From Candidatus Bathyarchaeia archaeon (GTDB taxonomy: Archaea; Thermoproteota; Bathyarchaeia; 40CM-2-53-6; RBG-13-38-9), in contig JBAUBP010000183.1 in assembly GCA_049676905.1 (NCBI GenBank), positions 1-39,244 on the forward strand: 39,244 bases of DNA. The letters run 5' to 3'. The translations under genes were made by a program, and so were the position numbers. The notes beneath the pieces were generated by a model. The model searched no databases. It had not been told where the DNA came from and was given only the letters and a program-made list of their open reading frames with translations. Below, piece after piece: positions 27,627-36,699 of the stretch. Each line of letters opens with the position of its first letter. Positions within the stretch are counted from its first letter, which is position 1.

Positions 27627-28376
27627 ATGAAGGCTGTCATATTATCAAGATCTCCTTCAACAACAATTATCGATATTAGTCATGAAATTGAAAGACATAA
27701 TATCGGCCAGGGTATGTTTGTACTTGCTTCGGTAACTCCATATTTTCCATCGGGGACAATCTACCTTGCAGTAGTCGATCCAGGAGTAGGAGGTTCAAGG
27801 AGGTCACTTTTACTAGAGACAGAGAGGAGCAAATTCGTTGGACCGGATAACGGATTATTAGCTTTAGCAGCTGAGAAAGAGGGAATAGTTAATGCATACG
27901 AACTCGATGAATCTCGTTATCCTGCAAATAAAATCTCCTCGACATTTCATGGAAGAGATATTTTCGCTGTTGCGGTTGGGGATATTGCTAGTGGTAATAA
28001 TCCCTCAGATATTGCATCACAAATTTCAGACTATGTTAAGCCTATGATTATTAAACCGAAAATCCGATCAAACCAGATTGATGCAATAGCTTTGCATATA
28101 GATTATTTTGGTAATATTGTTACCAATATTAGTCAAGGGATTCTTCAAAGATACAAGATAGACTTTGGTCGTAAAATGAAGATAAAAGTCAAAGCAATTA
28201 CAAAAGAAATAGATTTTTGTAAAACATACTCGGATGTTGCTTCAGGTCAACTATTGGCGACGATAGGTGGACACGGTTATTTGGAATTATCCATTAACCA
28301 AGGAAACGCTTCAGATCATATTGATTTAAAAACTGGGGATAAACTCCTGGTTCAAATTGTTGGATTGTCCGTATGA
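27627..28376 (+). CDS. S-adenosylmethionine hydrolase (adenosine-forming; DUF62 / SAM hydroxide adenosyltransferase family). The true N-terminus lies upstream of this ATG.
   Basis: VVDPGVGGSRR and STFHGRDIFA motifs. The family-defining N-terminal motif (GILSDFGLRDSYVAQMKAVI) is encoded in frame at 27582-27641, mostly upstream of the first canonical start (see finding). Confidence 0.8.
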   Translation: MKAVILSRSPSTTIIDISHEIERHNIGQGMFVLASVTPYFPSGTIYLAVVDPGVGGSRRSLLLETERSKFVGPDNGLLALAAEKEGIVNAYELDESRYPANKISSTFHGRDIFAVAVGDIASGNNPSDIASQISDYVKPMIIKPKIRSNQIDAIALHIDYFGNIVTNISQGILQRYKIDFGRKMKIKVKAITKEIDFCKTYSDVASGQLLATIGGHGYLELSINQGNASDHIDLKTGDKLLVQIVGLSV

Positions 28377-28882
28377 AGCAGTGTCATCATTCTTTCAACT
28401 CCTTTAATAGAATCGATAATATTGCTGACACTCTTGGGCACAAGTTCTCTCCAATTGTGATCTGTCAGTATTCTATTCCTTATCTCAGTTGCTGAGTAGA
28501 TTTCACGTTTAAAAAATGGTATTGATTCCACTCTGAAGCCTGCCTCATTGAAAAGCTGGGATGTCAGAGGATCATTGGAGAATACTGTATCGATTTTTCC
28601 GACATATAATGAGATGTGATGCACCCAAATCCCATGAACGTTTACATCTGTAATTGGGGTTATCTGGACTCTGTCTAGATTTATCTTAGTTTCTTTTAGG
28701 GATTCACGTATCATTTTGATACGTTCTCCAACGGTAAATGGGTTACTCTTTGCATGACTATATTGGGCGCTTCCTACAACTATTATGAGTTCGTCAACTT
28801 TCCTAAGAATCAATTTTACAACTTCAAGGTGTCCTAGATGAAATGGTTGAAAACGTCCTACATAAAGTCCAACAACAGTCAA
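28352..28882 (-). CDS. nadM: nicotinamide-nucleotide adenylyltransferase (archaeal NMNAT)
   Basis: GLYVGRFQPFHLGHLEVVK (the (H/T)xGH nucleotidyltransferase motif in archaeal NMNAT context) and a SATEIR-type C-terminal motif. TTG start. Confidence 0.85.
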   Translation of the reverse strand: MTVVGLYVGRFQPFHLGHLEVVKLILRKVDELIIVVGSAQYSHAKSNPFTVGERIKMIRESLKETKINLDRVQITPITDVNVHGIWVHHISLYVGKIDTVFSNDPLTSQLFNEAGFRVESIPFFKREIYSATEIRNRILTDHNWRELVPKSVSNIIDSIKGVERMMTLLHTDNPTI

Positions 28883-28937
28883 AGCGATTCCTTCTATATG
28901 GTACTATCGTTATCAGAGTGATATATGAACTGTTGAG

Positions 28938-29534
28938 TCACTTATTGTTTCGTTTGTTTTTAGGAAAATAGATATGTTCATAAACAACTTTATTTTCTTT
29001 AATTTTTACTCCCTCATTTTGAAGGACTTGAAGTTTGAGTTTACTTGATTCCATCTCATTTAAACCCGGAATAGAGTAATTGCCAATCCTTAAATTCGAA
29101 TTGATAATTCTGTGGCAAGGAATCAAAAGAGGGAAAGGGTTTGAAGCCATGACATTTCCAACCGCTCGATAAGCTCCACGATGTCCGACCGCCTTTGCGA
29201 TTATAGAGTATGTAGAGACTTTCCCTCTTGGGATTTCTCTTAAAAGAAAATATACTGTTCTTTGAAATTTTGTTGCCTGATTCAAGTCTATCTTTAGTTG
29301 ATTATTATTGTTTTCTCCATGAAATAGTTTATTTATTGACGCTAATGCAGTCTGGACTTCAGAATCGTTGTTTTTTATTTGCCAATTTTGAGGCACACTT
29401 TTTATTATTTCATTCAAGACATCTTTTCTACTTTTTGAAAAGCTTATTTTGATAATCTCACCTCCAACTCGGATTGCAACACCAAACCATATTTTCTCAA
29501 ACTTTTTTACTGATATCGTTATCAAGGAAATCAT
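28938..29534 (-). CDS. ogt: methylated-DNA--protein-cysteine methyltransferase (Ogt/MGMT)
   Basis: Active-site LLIPCHRIINSN, helix-turn-helix VSTYSIIAKAVG..RAVGNVMASNP. Confidence 0.8.
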   Translation of the reverse strand: MISLITISVKKFEKIWFGVAIRVGGEIIKISFSKSRKDVLNEIIKSVPQNWQIKNNDSEVQTALASINKLFHGENNNNQLKIDLNQATKFQRTVYFLLREIPRGKVSTYSIIAKAVGHRGAYRAVGNVMASNPFPLLIPCHRIINSNLRIGNYSIPGLNEMESSKLKLQVLQNEGVKIKENKVVYEHIYFPKNKRNNK

Positions 29535-29605
29535 GTATCATGATGTTCAAGTGCTAGAAAGACTTTATCAGTAAACTCATCCAAAAATTCGGTGGTGAGT
29601 CATTC

Positions 29606-30679
29606 ATGGTTGAGATCAAAGGAGACATGCTTGAAGGAGGTGGACAACTGCTTCGGATCTCAACCGCAATATCAGCGATTATGAAGAATCCTTTAACGAT
29701 AACAAATATCAGGGCAAATAGAACACCTCCAGGATTACGAGCTCAACATCTAAATGCGGTTAAGGCGATAGGTAGGCTAACCTCAGCAGAAATTGAAGGG
29801 CTGACTTTAGGGTCTAAGCAAATAAAATTCACACCCAAAGTATCAGTTGGTGGAAACCTTACAATTGATATTGAAACTGCAGGTTCAACTAGTCTCGTTC
29901 TTCAAGCTCTAATGCCCGTTATGGCGTTCTCTCCTGAACCCGTTTCGCTTGAGCTGAGTGGTGGTACAAATAATTCCAAAGCACCAGCAATCGACTATGT
30001 CCAAAATGTAGTTATGCCAATAATAAGCAAAATGGGATATCAAGGATCTGTTGATCTTTTAAAGAGAGGTTTTTATCCACGGGGAATGGGTCAAATAATT
30101 GCGTCCTGCAATCCAATAGAGAAACTAAAACCTTTAATCTTGACAGAAATGGGAACTCCAGTCAAATTATGGGGACTCGCGTATAGTTGTCGTCTACCTT
30201 CTCATATCTCTGAACGGATGGCCAAATCAGCTCAGAAACTTCTTGCACAGGAAGGTTATGATGCAAGGATAATCACAGAATCACTAAGCGAACGTGATAT
30301 GAAATGTTCAATTGATCCAGGCTGCGGAATTATCCTCTTCTCATCGCTCTCGTCAGGAGGAATATTGGGAAGTGATGCGTTGGGAAAGCTTGGGAAACCA
30401 GCTGAAAAGGTAGGAGAGGAAGCAGCATCTCATATGTTACATAGTCTCGAGCAATCCGCCCCTGTTGATCGATTTTTAAGTGATCAGCTGATTATCTATG
30501 CTGCCTTGGCTGGTGGCAAATCAGAAATAAAGGTTACAGAACTTACTCTTCACGCTCTAACTTGCATTGAATTATGCAAGAAGCTTCTTGGAACCACTTT
30601 TCACATTGAAGGCCGAATTGGTGAGCCATCTCATATAACCTGTAACGGTATCGGTGTTTCTAACAAGAATATTTTCTAA
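29606..30679 (+). CDS. rtcA: RNA 3'-terminal phosphate cyclase
   Basis: GDMLEGGGQLLRISTAISAI N-terminus, size, and the DRFLSDQLIIYAALAGG region typical of RtcA. Confidence 0.9.
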   Translation: MVEIKGDMLEGGGQLLRISTAISAIMKNPLTITNIRANRTPPGLRAQHLNAVKAIGRLTSAEIEGLTLGSKQIKFTPKVSVGGNLTIDIETAGSTSLVLQALMPVMAFSPEPVSLELSGGTNNSKAPAIDYVQNVVMPIISKMGYQGSVDLLKRGFYPRGMGQIIASCNPIEKLKPLILTEMGTPVKLWGLAYSCRLPSHISERMAKSAQKLLAQEGYDARIITESLSERDMKCSIDPGCGIILFSSLSSGGILGSDALGKLGKPAEKVGEEAASHMLHSLEQSAPVDRFLSDQLIIYAALAGGKSEIKVTELTLHALTCIELCKKLLGTTFHIEGRIGEPSHITCNGIGVSNKNIF

Positions 30680-30969
30680 CTATCTTTAGTGATGGTCTTC
30701 TTTGTCCAAAGAAAATCGCCTGTCTTAATGTTCTTGATAGTAATTATTCTATGCATAGGTATTTGATTTTCATTACTTTGATCTTTGTATATAAACCATG
30801 ACTTGCCTACTTGTGTGATAAGTGATGCCGCTATTGTCTTTTGATCCTTTGGGGCTCCACGGTGTATGTAAGTTATCTCAAAATCTTCAATATTTGCTCT
30901 TTTATCCCAAAATATCTTGCTAAAAATGTTCTTTAATGGAATCATGGCGTTTGCTCCATTCTGATACAT
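30676..30969 (-). CDS. DUF504/UPF0248 (MJ1316-like) small protein
   Basis: IFSKIFWDKR...FEITYIHRGAP...IPMHRIITIKNIKTGDFLW fits the DUF504 pattern (W-D, Y-x-x-R-G, P-x-HRI). Its 3' end overlaps rtcA by 4 nt, convergently. Confidence 0.55.
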   Translation of the reverse strand: MYQNGANAMIPLKNIFSKIFWDKRANIEDFEITYIHRGAPKDQKTIAASLITQVGKSWFIYKDQSNENQIPMHRIITIKNIKTGDFLWTKKTITKDS

Positions 30970-31007
30970 TCGACATCAAACTTAAATGAGCGACTTAATA
31001 AGATGGA

Positions 31008-31640
31008 ATGCATTCTGGATTGGTGAAGTTTATGTCTCAAATGATGCCTTACATTCCAGGTGCCACAACTGTTGGAATAGTCTATCGTGATGGTGTACTT
31101 TTAGCTTCCGAAAGAAGAGTGGCATATGGTCATTTTATTATGAGCAAATCGGCCAGAAAGGTCTTCAAGATCACTGACACGATAGGCGCTGCATGTGCAG
31201 GTTTAGTTTCGGATATGCAAATCTTAGCGAAAGAAGCTTCGGCATATGCCAGTATATACACATACGAGAATGATCGTCCTATCTCTGTTAAAGCCACTGC
31301 CAAAATGGTGGGAAGCCTACTATTTCAGAGGCGCTTCATGCCATATATTACACAGACTATTATCGGAGGAATCGATCAGGATGGACCAAGTATATACGTT
31401 CTGGATTTGCTTGGATCTGTATTACCTGATAAATATGCTTCGGTTGGAAGTGGGACAGAGATATCCATGGGAGTTTTGGAAGACGAGTACAAAGATAACA
31501 TGAGTCTAGAAGAGGCAAAAGATCTGATCAGAAGAGCCATAAAGACAGCGCTGGCAAGAGATGCTGCAAGTGGAGGCGACGTTGATCTTCTGATAATTTC
31601 GAAAGAAGGAACAAAAACAGAGATTATCACTCTCAAATAG
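31008..31640 (+). CDS. psmB: proteasome beta subunit, second paralog
   Basis: Propeptide then GA|TTVGIVYRDGVLLASERR. The start may be a downstream Met. Confidence 0.9.
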   Translation: MHSGLVKFMSQMMPYIPGATTVGIVYRDGVLLASERRVAYGHFIMSKSARKVFKITDTIGAACAGLVSDMQILAKEASAYASIYTYENDRPISVKATAKMVGSLLFQRRFMPYITQTIIGGIDQDGPSIYVLDLLGSVLPDKYASVGSGTEISMGVLEDEYKDNMSLEEAKDLIRRAIKTALARDAASGGDVDLLIISKEGTKTEIITLK

Positions 31641-31642
31641 AA

Positions 31643-31659
31643 TTTTTTTAAAATTTTTT
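31643..31659 (+). terminator. oligo-T archaeal terminator candidate
   Basis: T7 (31643-31649) and T6 (31654-31659) lie immediately after the psmB stop codon. Confidence 0.4.
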
Positions 31660-31694
31660 ATTGATGTATTATTTTCTAGAAAGGGCTCAAAGAA

Positions 31695-32708
31695 ATGCAG
31701 ACGTCTAGTTTAGAACATAAACTCTATAAAGATGATTCTCACTCAACTTCTAACATAGATTCTAATTTACTTCGAGTTCTTAAAAGACAAAAATATCAAA
31801 TTATTGGCAATCACTCTGCTGTTAAGAAATGTCGTTGGCTTCATATGGGTCTCGTTGAAGGGAGGTCATGTTACAAATCAAAATTCTATGGTATCAAATC
31901 ACATAGATGCATTCAATTTACTCCTTCCACAATTTGGTGCACTCAAAGTTGTCTTCACTGTTGGAGGATCCAGAAAGGGGAGTCAAATCTATCATGGGAT
32001 GAGTCTACTTCAGAAATTTGGGATACACCCTCAAAAATAGTAGATCTCGCAATAGCTAGTCAGAAAAGAATCCTTAACGGCTATAAGAGTCAAGTTCTCT
32101 CTGGTAAGATCAAATCAGATGTTTATCAAGAAGCTTTGAAACCAAAACATGTAGCCATAAGCCTATCTGGGGAACCCACACTATATCCTGACCTAGGTGA
32201 ACTAATTTCAGAATTTCATAGTTTAGGGATGACAACTTTCTTAGTTACAAACGGAACGAGACCAGATGTATTAAGGAATCTTTCAGATGAACCCACTCAA
32301 TTATACATTTCACTATCTGCATCAAGATCTGAGCGATATCAAGAGATATGCAGACCTCGATCTAAAATATATTGGCAGAAGCTATTGGAAACTCTAAATT
32401 TATTGAAGAGTTTTAATTGTCCCTCAGCCATTAGACTCACGCTTGCAAGAGGGCTTAACCTTGAAGATCCTCAAAGCTACGCTAAGCTAATCTCAAAAGC
32501 TGACCCGACATATATAGAATCGAAAGCTTACATGTATATCGGCTATTCAAGAAAGAGATTAACATTTGAAAATATGCCGACATATAATCAGGTTCGAGAA
32601 TTCTCCTTAAAATTGGCTGAGTTCACTGGATATAGGATTATTGATGATTCCGTTGAAAGTAGAGTTGTTCTTTTAAGCAAATTGGAAAAACCGATAAAGG
32701 TTTGCTAA
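31695..32708 (+). CDS. taw1: 4-demethylwyosine synthase Taw1/TYW1 (radical SAM, tRNA-Phe wyosine pathway)
   Basis: LKRQKYQIIGNHSAVKKCRW, CYKSKFYGI.SHRCIQ.TP and C...CLHCWR cluster motifs, then a radical-SAM core (AISLSGEPTLYP). Confidence 0.85.
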   Translation: MQTSSLEHKLYKDDSHSTSNIDSNLLRVLKRQKYQIIGNHSAVKKCRWLHMGLVEGRSCYKSKFYGIKSHRCIQFTPSTIWCTQSCLHCWRIQKGESNLSWDESTSEIWDTPSKIVDLAIASQKRILNGYKSQVLSGKIKSDVYQEALKPKHVAISLSGEPTLYPDLGELISEFHSLGMTTFLVTNGTRPDVLRNLSDEPTQLYISLSASRSERYQEICRPRSKIYWQKLLETLNLLKSFNCPSAIRLTLARGLNLEDPQSYAKLISKADPTYIESKAYMYIGYSRKRLTFENMPTYNQVREFSLKLAEFTGYRIIDDSVESRVVLLSKLEKPIKVC

Positions 32709-32733
32709 ATTAAATATTAAGTGAGGTTCTAAA

Positions 32734-33393
32734 TTGCTGAAGAAAACTGATATCAAGATGATTCAAGAGAACCTCTTGGATCTCAGTACGGCAAGAGACA
32801 GTATTTTTGAATTCTCACGAATCTCAATCAGATCCTCGGGGAACACGATCGTAGAATTGCATCGAGGGAATATAGAGAAAGCTGCGACACATTTACGTAA
32901 TGCTGAGGGCAAGATTAGAGATCTAGAGGGAATTCTTAGAAAGTGGAAAGAGTTGAAATATCTGGGAAATGTAACTGTTGCCTATCAAGAATACGCTGAG
33001 GCAAAAATACTCTATGGGATTATAACTAAGAATAGATTATTGTCACTTAAAGAAGTTGATGTTAAAATAGAGCCTTACCTTCTCGGTCTTTTAGATTTCT
33101 TAGGGGAACTTCGTCGAAGATGTCTGAATTTTCTTAAAAAAGGAGAACTTGCTGATGCTGAAAATACGCTAAAGACCATGGAGGGTATATATGAAGACTT
33201 GTACTCGATAGATCATACACGTATAATATCGGGTTTCAGACATAAAATGGATACTGCAAGGAAATTAATCGAGATAACCCGAGGAGACGTAGTTAATGAA
33301 TTCAGAAGACTATCCTTAGAAAACGCTCTAAAAAGTCTTGAAAAAAGACTAACGAAAAGTGAGTCACGCAAGATTAGCTCATGGAATGAATGA
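32734..33393 (+). CDS. translin-family protein
   Basis: All-helical 219 aa. YQEYAEA and EPYLLGLLDFLGELRRRCL resemble the translin motif (YLLGL.D..GEL.R). TTG start. Confidence 0.55.
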   Translation: MLKKTDIKMIQENLLDLSTARDSIFEFSRISIRSSGNTIVELHRGNIEKAATHLRNAEGKIRDLEGILRKWKELKYLGNVTVAYQEYAEAKILYGIITKNRLLSLKEVDVKIEPYLLGLLDFLGELRRRCLNFLKKGELADAENTLKTMEGIYEDLYSIDHTRIISGFRHKMDTARKLIEITRGDVVNEFRRLSLENALKSLEKRLTKSESRKISSWNE

Positions 33394-34051
33394 TCTTTCT
33401 TTTTCTTGCCTCAGCTAGTCTATGGGAAAGATGAAGCGGTTCTGGGAATCTGTGATTGCGAAGACAATTAATAGTAATTTCTACCGCAGATTCAAGACTA
33501 ATCATGTGGCCTGGTGAAACATATATCGGCTTCCCAATTTTTGGCTTAAGAATGTAACCAATTGTCTCATTATTTGATTTGAGCGGTTCAGTATCGCCAA
33601 ATTTTCTGGGTATTTTAATAACTTCTCCGAAAAGCCTAGAGCTAGCTATACCAATAGTTGGTTTTTCTATGTTTACTCCAATATGTGAAGCACATCCAAA
33701 TCTTCTGGGATGTGCTAAGCCGTGAGCGTTAATCATGAAAATATCTGGTAATACATCAAGACTTTTGATTATTCTAACTAATGGTGGGCCCTCTCTAAAC
33801 CAGAGAAATCCCGGCCTATAGGGAAAATCTAATCTCGTTAAAACTGTCTTTTTCTCTATGATTTCCAAATTTTCATAATCTACACAAACGAAAGCTGCTA
33901 CCGCATGATCTTTGATGAAAGATAGATCGACTCCACCAATTTTTCTAATAGGTTTTGTAAAAAGATCAGTGATTATTAACTTTCTAGAAAGATTATTTTG
34001 AATATTGATAAGTTCCTCCCTAGTACACATTTGATATTTTCGAGTGTTCAC
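33374..34051 (-). CDS. nfi: endonuclease V
   Basis: IGGVDLSF, PYRPGFLWFREGP and NAHGLAHPRRFGCASHIGV motifs. Confidence 0.85.
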   Translation of the reverse strand: MNTRKYQMCTREELINIQNNLSRKLIITDLFTKPIRKIGGVDLSFIKDHAVAAFVCVDYENLEIIEKKTVLTRLDFPYRPGFLWFREGPPLVRIIKSLDVLPDIFMINAHGLAHPRRFGCASHIGVNIEKPTIGIASSRLFGEVIKIPRKFGDTEPLKSNNETIGYILKPKIGKPIYVSPGHMISLESAVEITINCLRNHRFPEPLHLSHRLAEARKRKIIHSMS

Positions 34052-34286
34052 TTTATCAAGTGCCTTCCTGGAAAGATTCTATAATGATATGTTCCCATGA
34101 TTTCAACTCAAACTAAACTTTTTAGAAAAGCGACATCCAAATATAATCTCTCCAAAGAAATATGATTCGATCTGGCTATCATCTGTCTATCGTCAAGATA
34201 TGTTAAAAGAATGTGTAAAAATGAAAAAGATAATTTTTTCAAGATGTAAATTAATAGTAAAGAAGTATTTGATGTTGATTTAAACT

Positions 34287-35006
34287 ATGAATGTGTTTGA
34301 GAAGAGTTCCCTCAAAGCCAATCTCCTAATAACTCTATGTAAATTGGCTGAACTCTCGATATCCAAAGGGGAATTGACTTATACAACAGGACAACTTGCA
34401 CTTGATCTCGAGATATCTCAGCAAACAGCCTCGAGACATCTTATTGAGCTAGAGCAAAGAGGGCTAATAAGACGGGTTAAAATTGGAAAGCGTGAGACCA
34501 TACGTATAACTCCTAACGGTTTGGATCTTCTCAAAGAATTATATTTCAGACTGAAAGATGTTTTCGAACAGCCTATTAGCTATGTCTTCTTAGAGGGCGA
34601 ACTATTCTCAGGGCTCGGTGAAGGCTCTTATTATATTGGTCAAGAAGGTTATCGAGAGCAATTAGAAAAGAAACTAGGCTTCGATCCATATCCAGGCACT
34701 CTAAATATTCGGTTGAAACCTGGTTACGAGAATGAAAGAAATACCTTGAATTCTCTTCCCTTAATATCAATTAAAGGATTCACGACCGAAAAAAGGAGTT
34801 TTGGCCCTGCAAAGTGTGCTGAAGCGATAATGAATGATGAAGTTCAAGTATCGATAATCTTGGCAATGAGAAGTCATTATGGATCTGACGTTGTCGAAAT
34901 AGTTTCCAAAGAAAACTTAAGAAAGAAACTTAAATTGAAAGATGGGGATACCATTAGGCTTAGGATAATGATTCCACATTTAAACACGAAAGCTAACATT
35001 AGTTGA
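34287..35006 (+). CDS. ribK: RbkR-type fusion: N-terminal winged-helix DNA-binding domain plus CTP-dependent archaeal riboflavin kinase
   Basis: N-terminal wHTH (TTGQLALDLEISQQTASRHLIELEQRGLIRRV). C-terminal GELFSGLGEGSYYIGQEGYREQLEKKLGFDPYPGTLNIRL matches MJ0056-type riboflavin kinase. Confidence 0.8.
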   Translation: MNVFEKSSLKANLLITLCKLAELSISKGELTYTTGQLALDLEISQQTASRHLIELEQRGLIRRVKIGKRETIRITPNGLDLLKELYFRLKDVFEQPISYVFLEGELFSGLGEGSYYIGQEGYREQLEKKLGFDPYPGTLNIRLKPGYENERNTLNSLPLISIKGFTTEKRSFGPAKCAEAIMNDEVQVSIILAMRSHYGSDVVEIVSKENLRKKLKLKDGDTIRLRIMIPHLNTKANIS

Positions 35007-35031
35007 GTATTTTAATACTTAATTCACTAAT

Positions 35032-35502
35032 TTACAATTTTAATTCTTCTATAATTTTGTTTTTTATCTTTGATGAACTATTTAGATCCCTCATTCCATA
35101 TCTTTTAGTTTGTATGACCTCTACTTCTCCCGTATACTCTCGCAAAGCATCATTTACTGCTTCTAAAATATCGCGTTGGTCGTATCCTAAAACTATAACA
35201 TCAGGCTTAAGCTTTCGTATAGCCGCTTTCATATTCATCTCTTCATACCCCAGCACAGCTCTATCGACGGGTTTAAGAGATTCAACCAATGCTCTTCTCT
35301 GTTCTTCGGGAATCGTCGGTTTTTTTCCTTTACGTTTTTCAACAGTCTTGTCCCTTGCGACAATAACTATTAGTTTGGAATTTCTCCCTCCTGATTTTTT
35401 TGCGTCTTCAAGGGCTTTAAGGTGACCATAATGAAGAAGATCGAACGCTCCGGTTGTCAGAACAATTTTTTTTCTTGTCAAGATTTGTCTACTCTTTGCC
35501 AT
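35032..35502 (-). CDS. ribL: FAD synthetase (FMN adenylyltransferase), archaeal RibL type
   Basis: VLTTGAFDLLHYGHLKALEDAKK...LIVIVARDKTVEKRKGKKPTIPEEQRRALVESLKPVD aligns closely with MJ1179 RibL as I recall it. Confidence 0.9.
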   Translation of the reverse strand: MAKSRQILTRKKIVLTTGAFDLLHYGHLKALEDAKKSGGRNSKLIVIVARDKTVEKRKGKKPTIPEEQRRALVESLKPVDRAVLGYEEMNMKAAIRKLKPDVIVLGYDQRDILEAVNDALREYTGEVEVIQTKRYGMRDLNSSSKIKNKIIEELKL

Positions 35503-35765
35503 TCGAAGTCTACTAGTTCCATGATCCTTAATGCGTCTAATAGACCCTCAGCATATGAAATTGATGTTAAGGCTATAGCTTCTTTTTTAATTTCCAGATA
35601 GTATTTTGCATCGGAAAGATATCTTTTAACTGCGTCTATGACTAGCTCCATGTTATGTTCAACTAAAGTTGAATTAGAATCTCGAATCTTCAAATCTTTG
35701 AGTGCCAACTCAATAGAAGATATATATCTTCCAACTAATGATCGTACTTCATTATCTGAATTCAT
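35478..35765 (-). CDS. small helical protein, DUF357-like
   Basis: 95 aa. RYLSDAKYYLE...ALTSISYAEGLLDALR resembles DUF357 as I recall it. ATGA start/stop overlap with dph5 and a 25-nt overlap with ribL indicate one operon. Confidence 0.35.
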   Translation of the reverse strand: MNSDNEVRSLVGRYISSIELALKDLKIRDSNSTLVEHNMELVIDAVKRYLSDAKYYLEIKKEAIALTSISYAEGLLDALRIMELVDFEWQRVDKS

Positions 35766-36556
35766 ATTTCAAACAGCTCCGGATCGGCCTTGCACAAAAT
35801 TTTTAGAGCCTCAATTTCCATGAAGTGGAGCTTTCCAGGAAAGACTATGCAATGGGGAGGATCGCCCCAATTGAATCTTTGGAGATTTTCTATTGTACCA
35901 GCTTTCACACTTGCATCTGGTGAACCTAACCTCGCGACTCCGACCGCTAACGTATTTTTTGTTGTACATCTTTTTCTCAGTCTTTCTTCCATTTCGATTA
36001 TTATGGTCAGTCCCTCTGGAATAGACATAAACAGGTGGCTCTCTGAATTAATGTCGAGTAATGCTAAGGTATGAAGGCCTCTCGACTTATTTTCGAAAAT
36101 ATTTTCATATGGAATTTCTGAGATTGAAGTTGATTTAAAAGGAATTGTAACAGTTCTGCCAAATTTATAGTTCTGGAGGCCAGTTGCTCCTGCTATAGCT
36201 GAAGAAATTGACGCTGAATGAATAATGAATGTTCTAATTCCTTCTTTTTCTGCTCTAAGTCTCAAATCAATATGAGTAGTTGCGATATTTGGATCTCCTG
36301 GGGTTAAAAAAGCGCATGGATATTTTTTGGCGTGAACTAAAATATTTTCTTGAGCGTGATCCTCAACTTCTTTTCTGGAGAGGATCTTTACTTGTTTTCC
36401 TATTAATTTCTCAAGATTTGAGATTTTGATGGCAGGCATGTAGTTTGTATAGAACTCCGCAAAAACGTATGTTGCTCTCTTGGCTTTTTCTAGTCCTTGT
36501 AGAGAAATACCCTTTTCATCATGAAGTCCGAGTCCAATTAAAGTTAGATTTGTCAA
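35762..36556 (-). CDS. dphB: diphthine synthase (Dph5/DphB)
   Basis: LTLIGLGLHDEKGISLQGLEKAKRATYVFAEFYT and GDPNIATTH are tetrapyrrole-methylase-fold Dph5 motifs. I prefer the TTG at 36556 (264 aa) because the track ORF extends to 36715 and would overlap tRNA-Lys. Confidence 0.85.
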   Translation of the reverse strand: MTNLTLIGLGLHDEKGISLQGLEKAKRATYVFAEFYTNYMPAIKISNLEKLIGKQVKILSRKEVEDHAQENILVHAKKYPCAFLTPGDPNIATTHIDLRLRAEKEGIRTFIIHSASISSAIAGATGLQNYKFGRTVTIPFKSTSISEIPYENIFENKSRGLHTLALLDINSESHLFMSIPEGLTIIIEMEERLRKRCTTKNTLAVGVARLGSPDASVKAGTIENLQRFNWGDPPHCIVFPGKLHFMEIEALKILCKADPELFEI

Positions 36557-36699
36557 GTTATTTTCCTTTAAAAGAGGATCATAACAAAAGATGAGTCTTA
36601 TGATCAAGATTTGAAAGAAACTCTGTGAGTTAAGATTGTCAATAGGACCGAAGAAAAGATTATTAGAGATCTTCATTGGAACAGATGGCTGGCGGGCAT

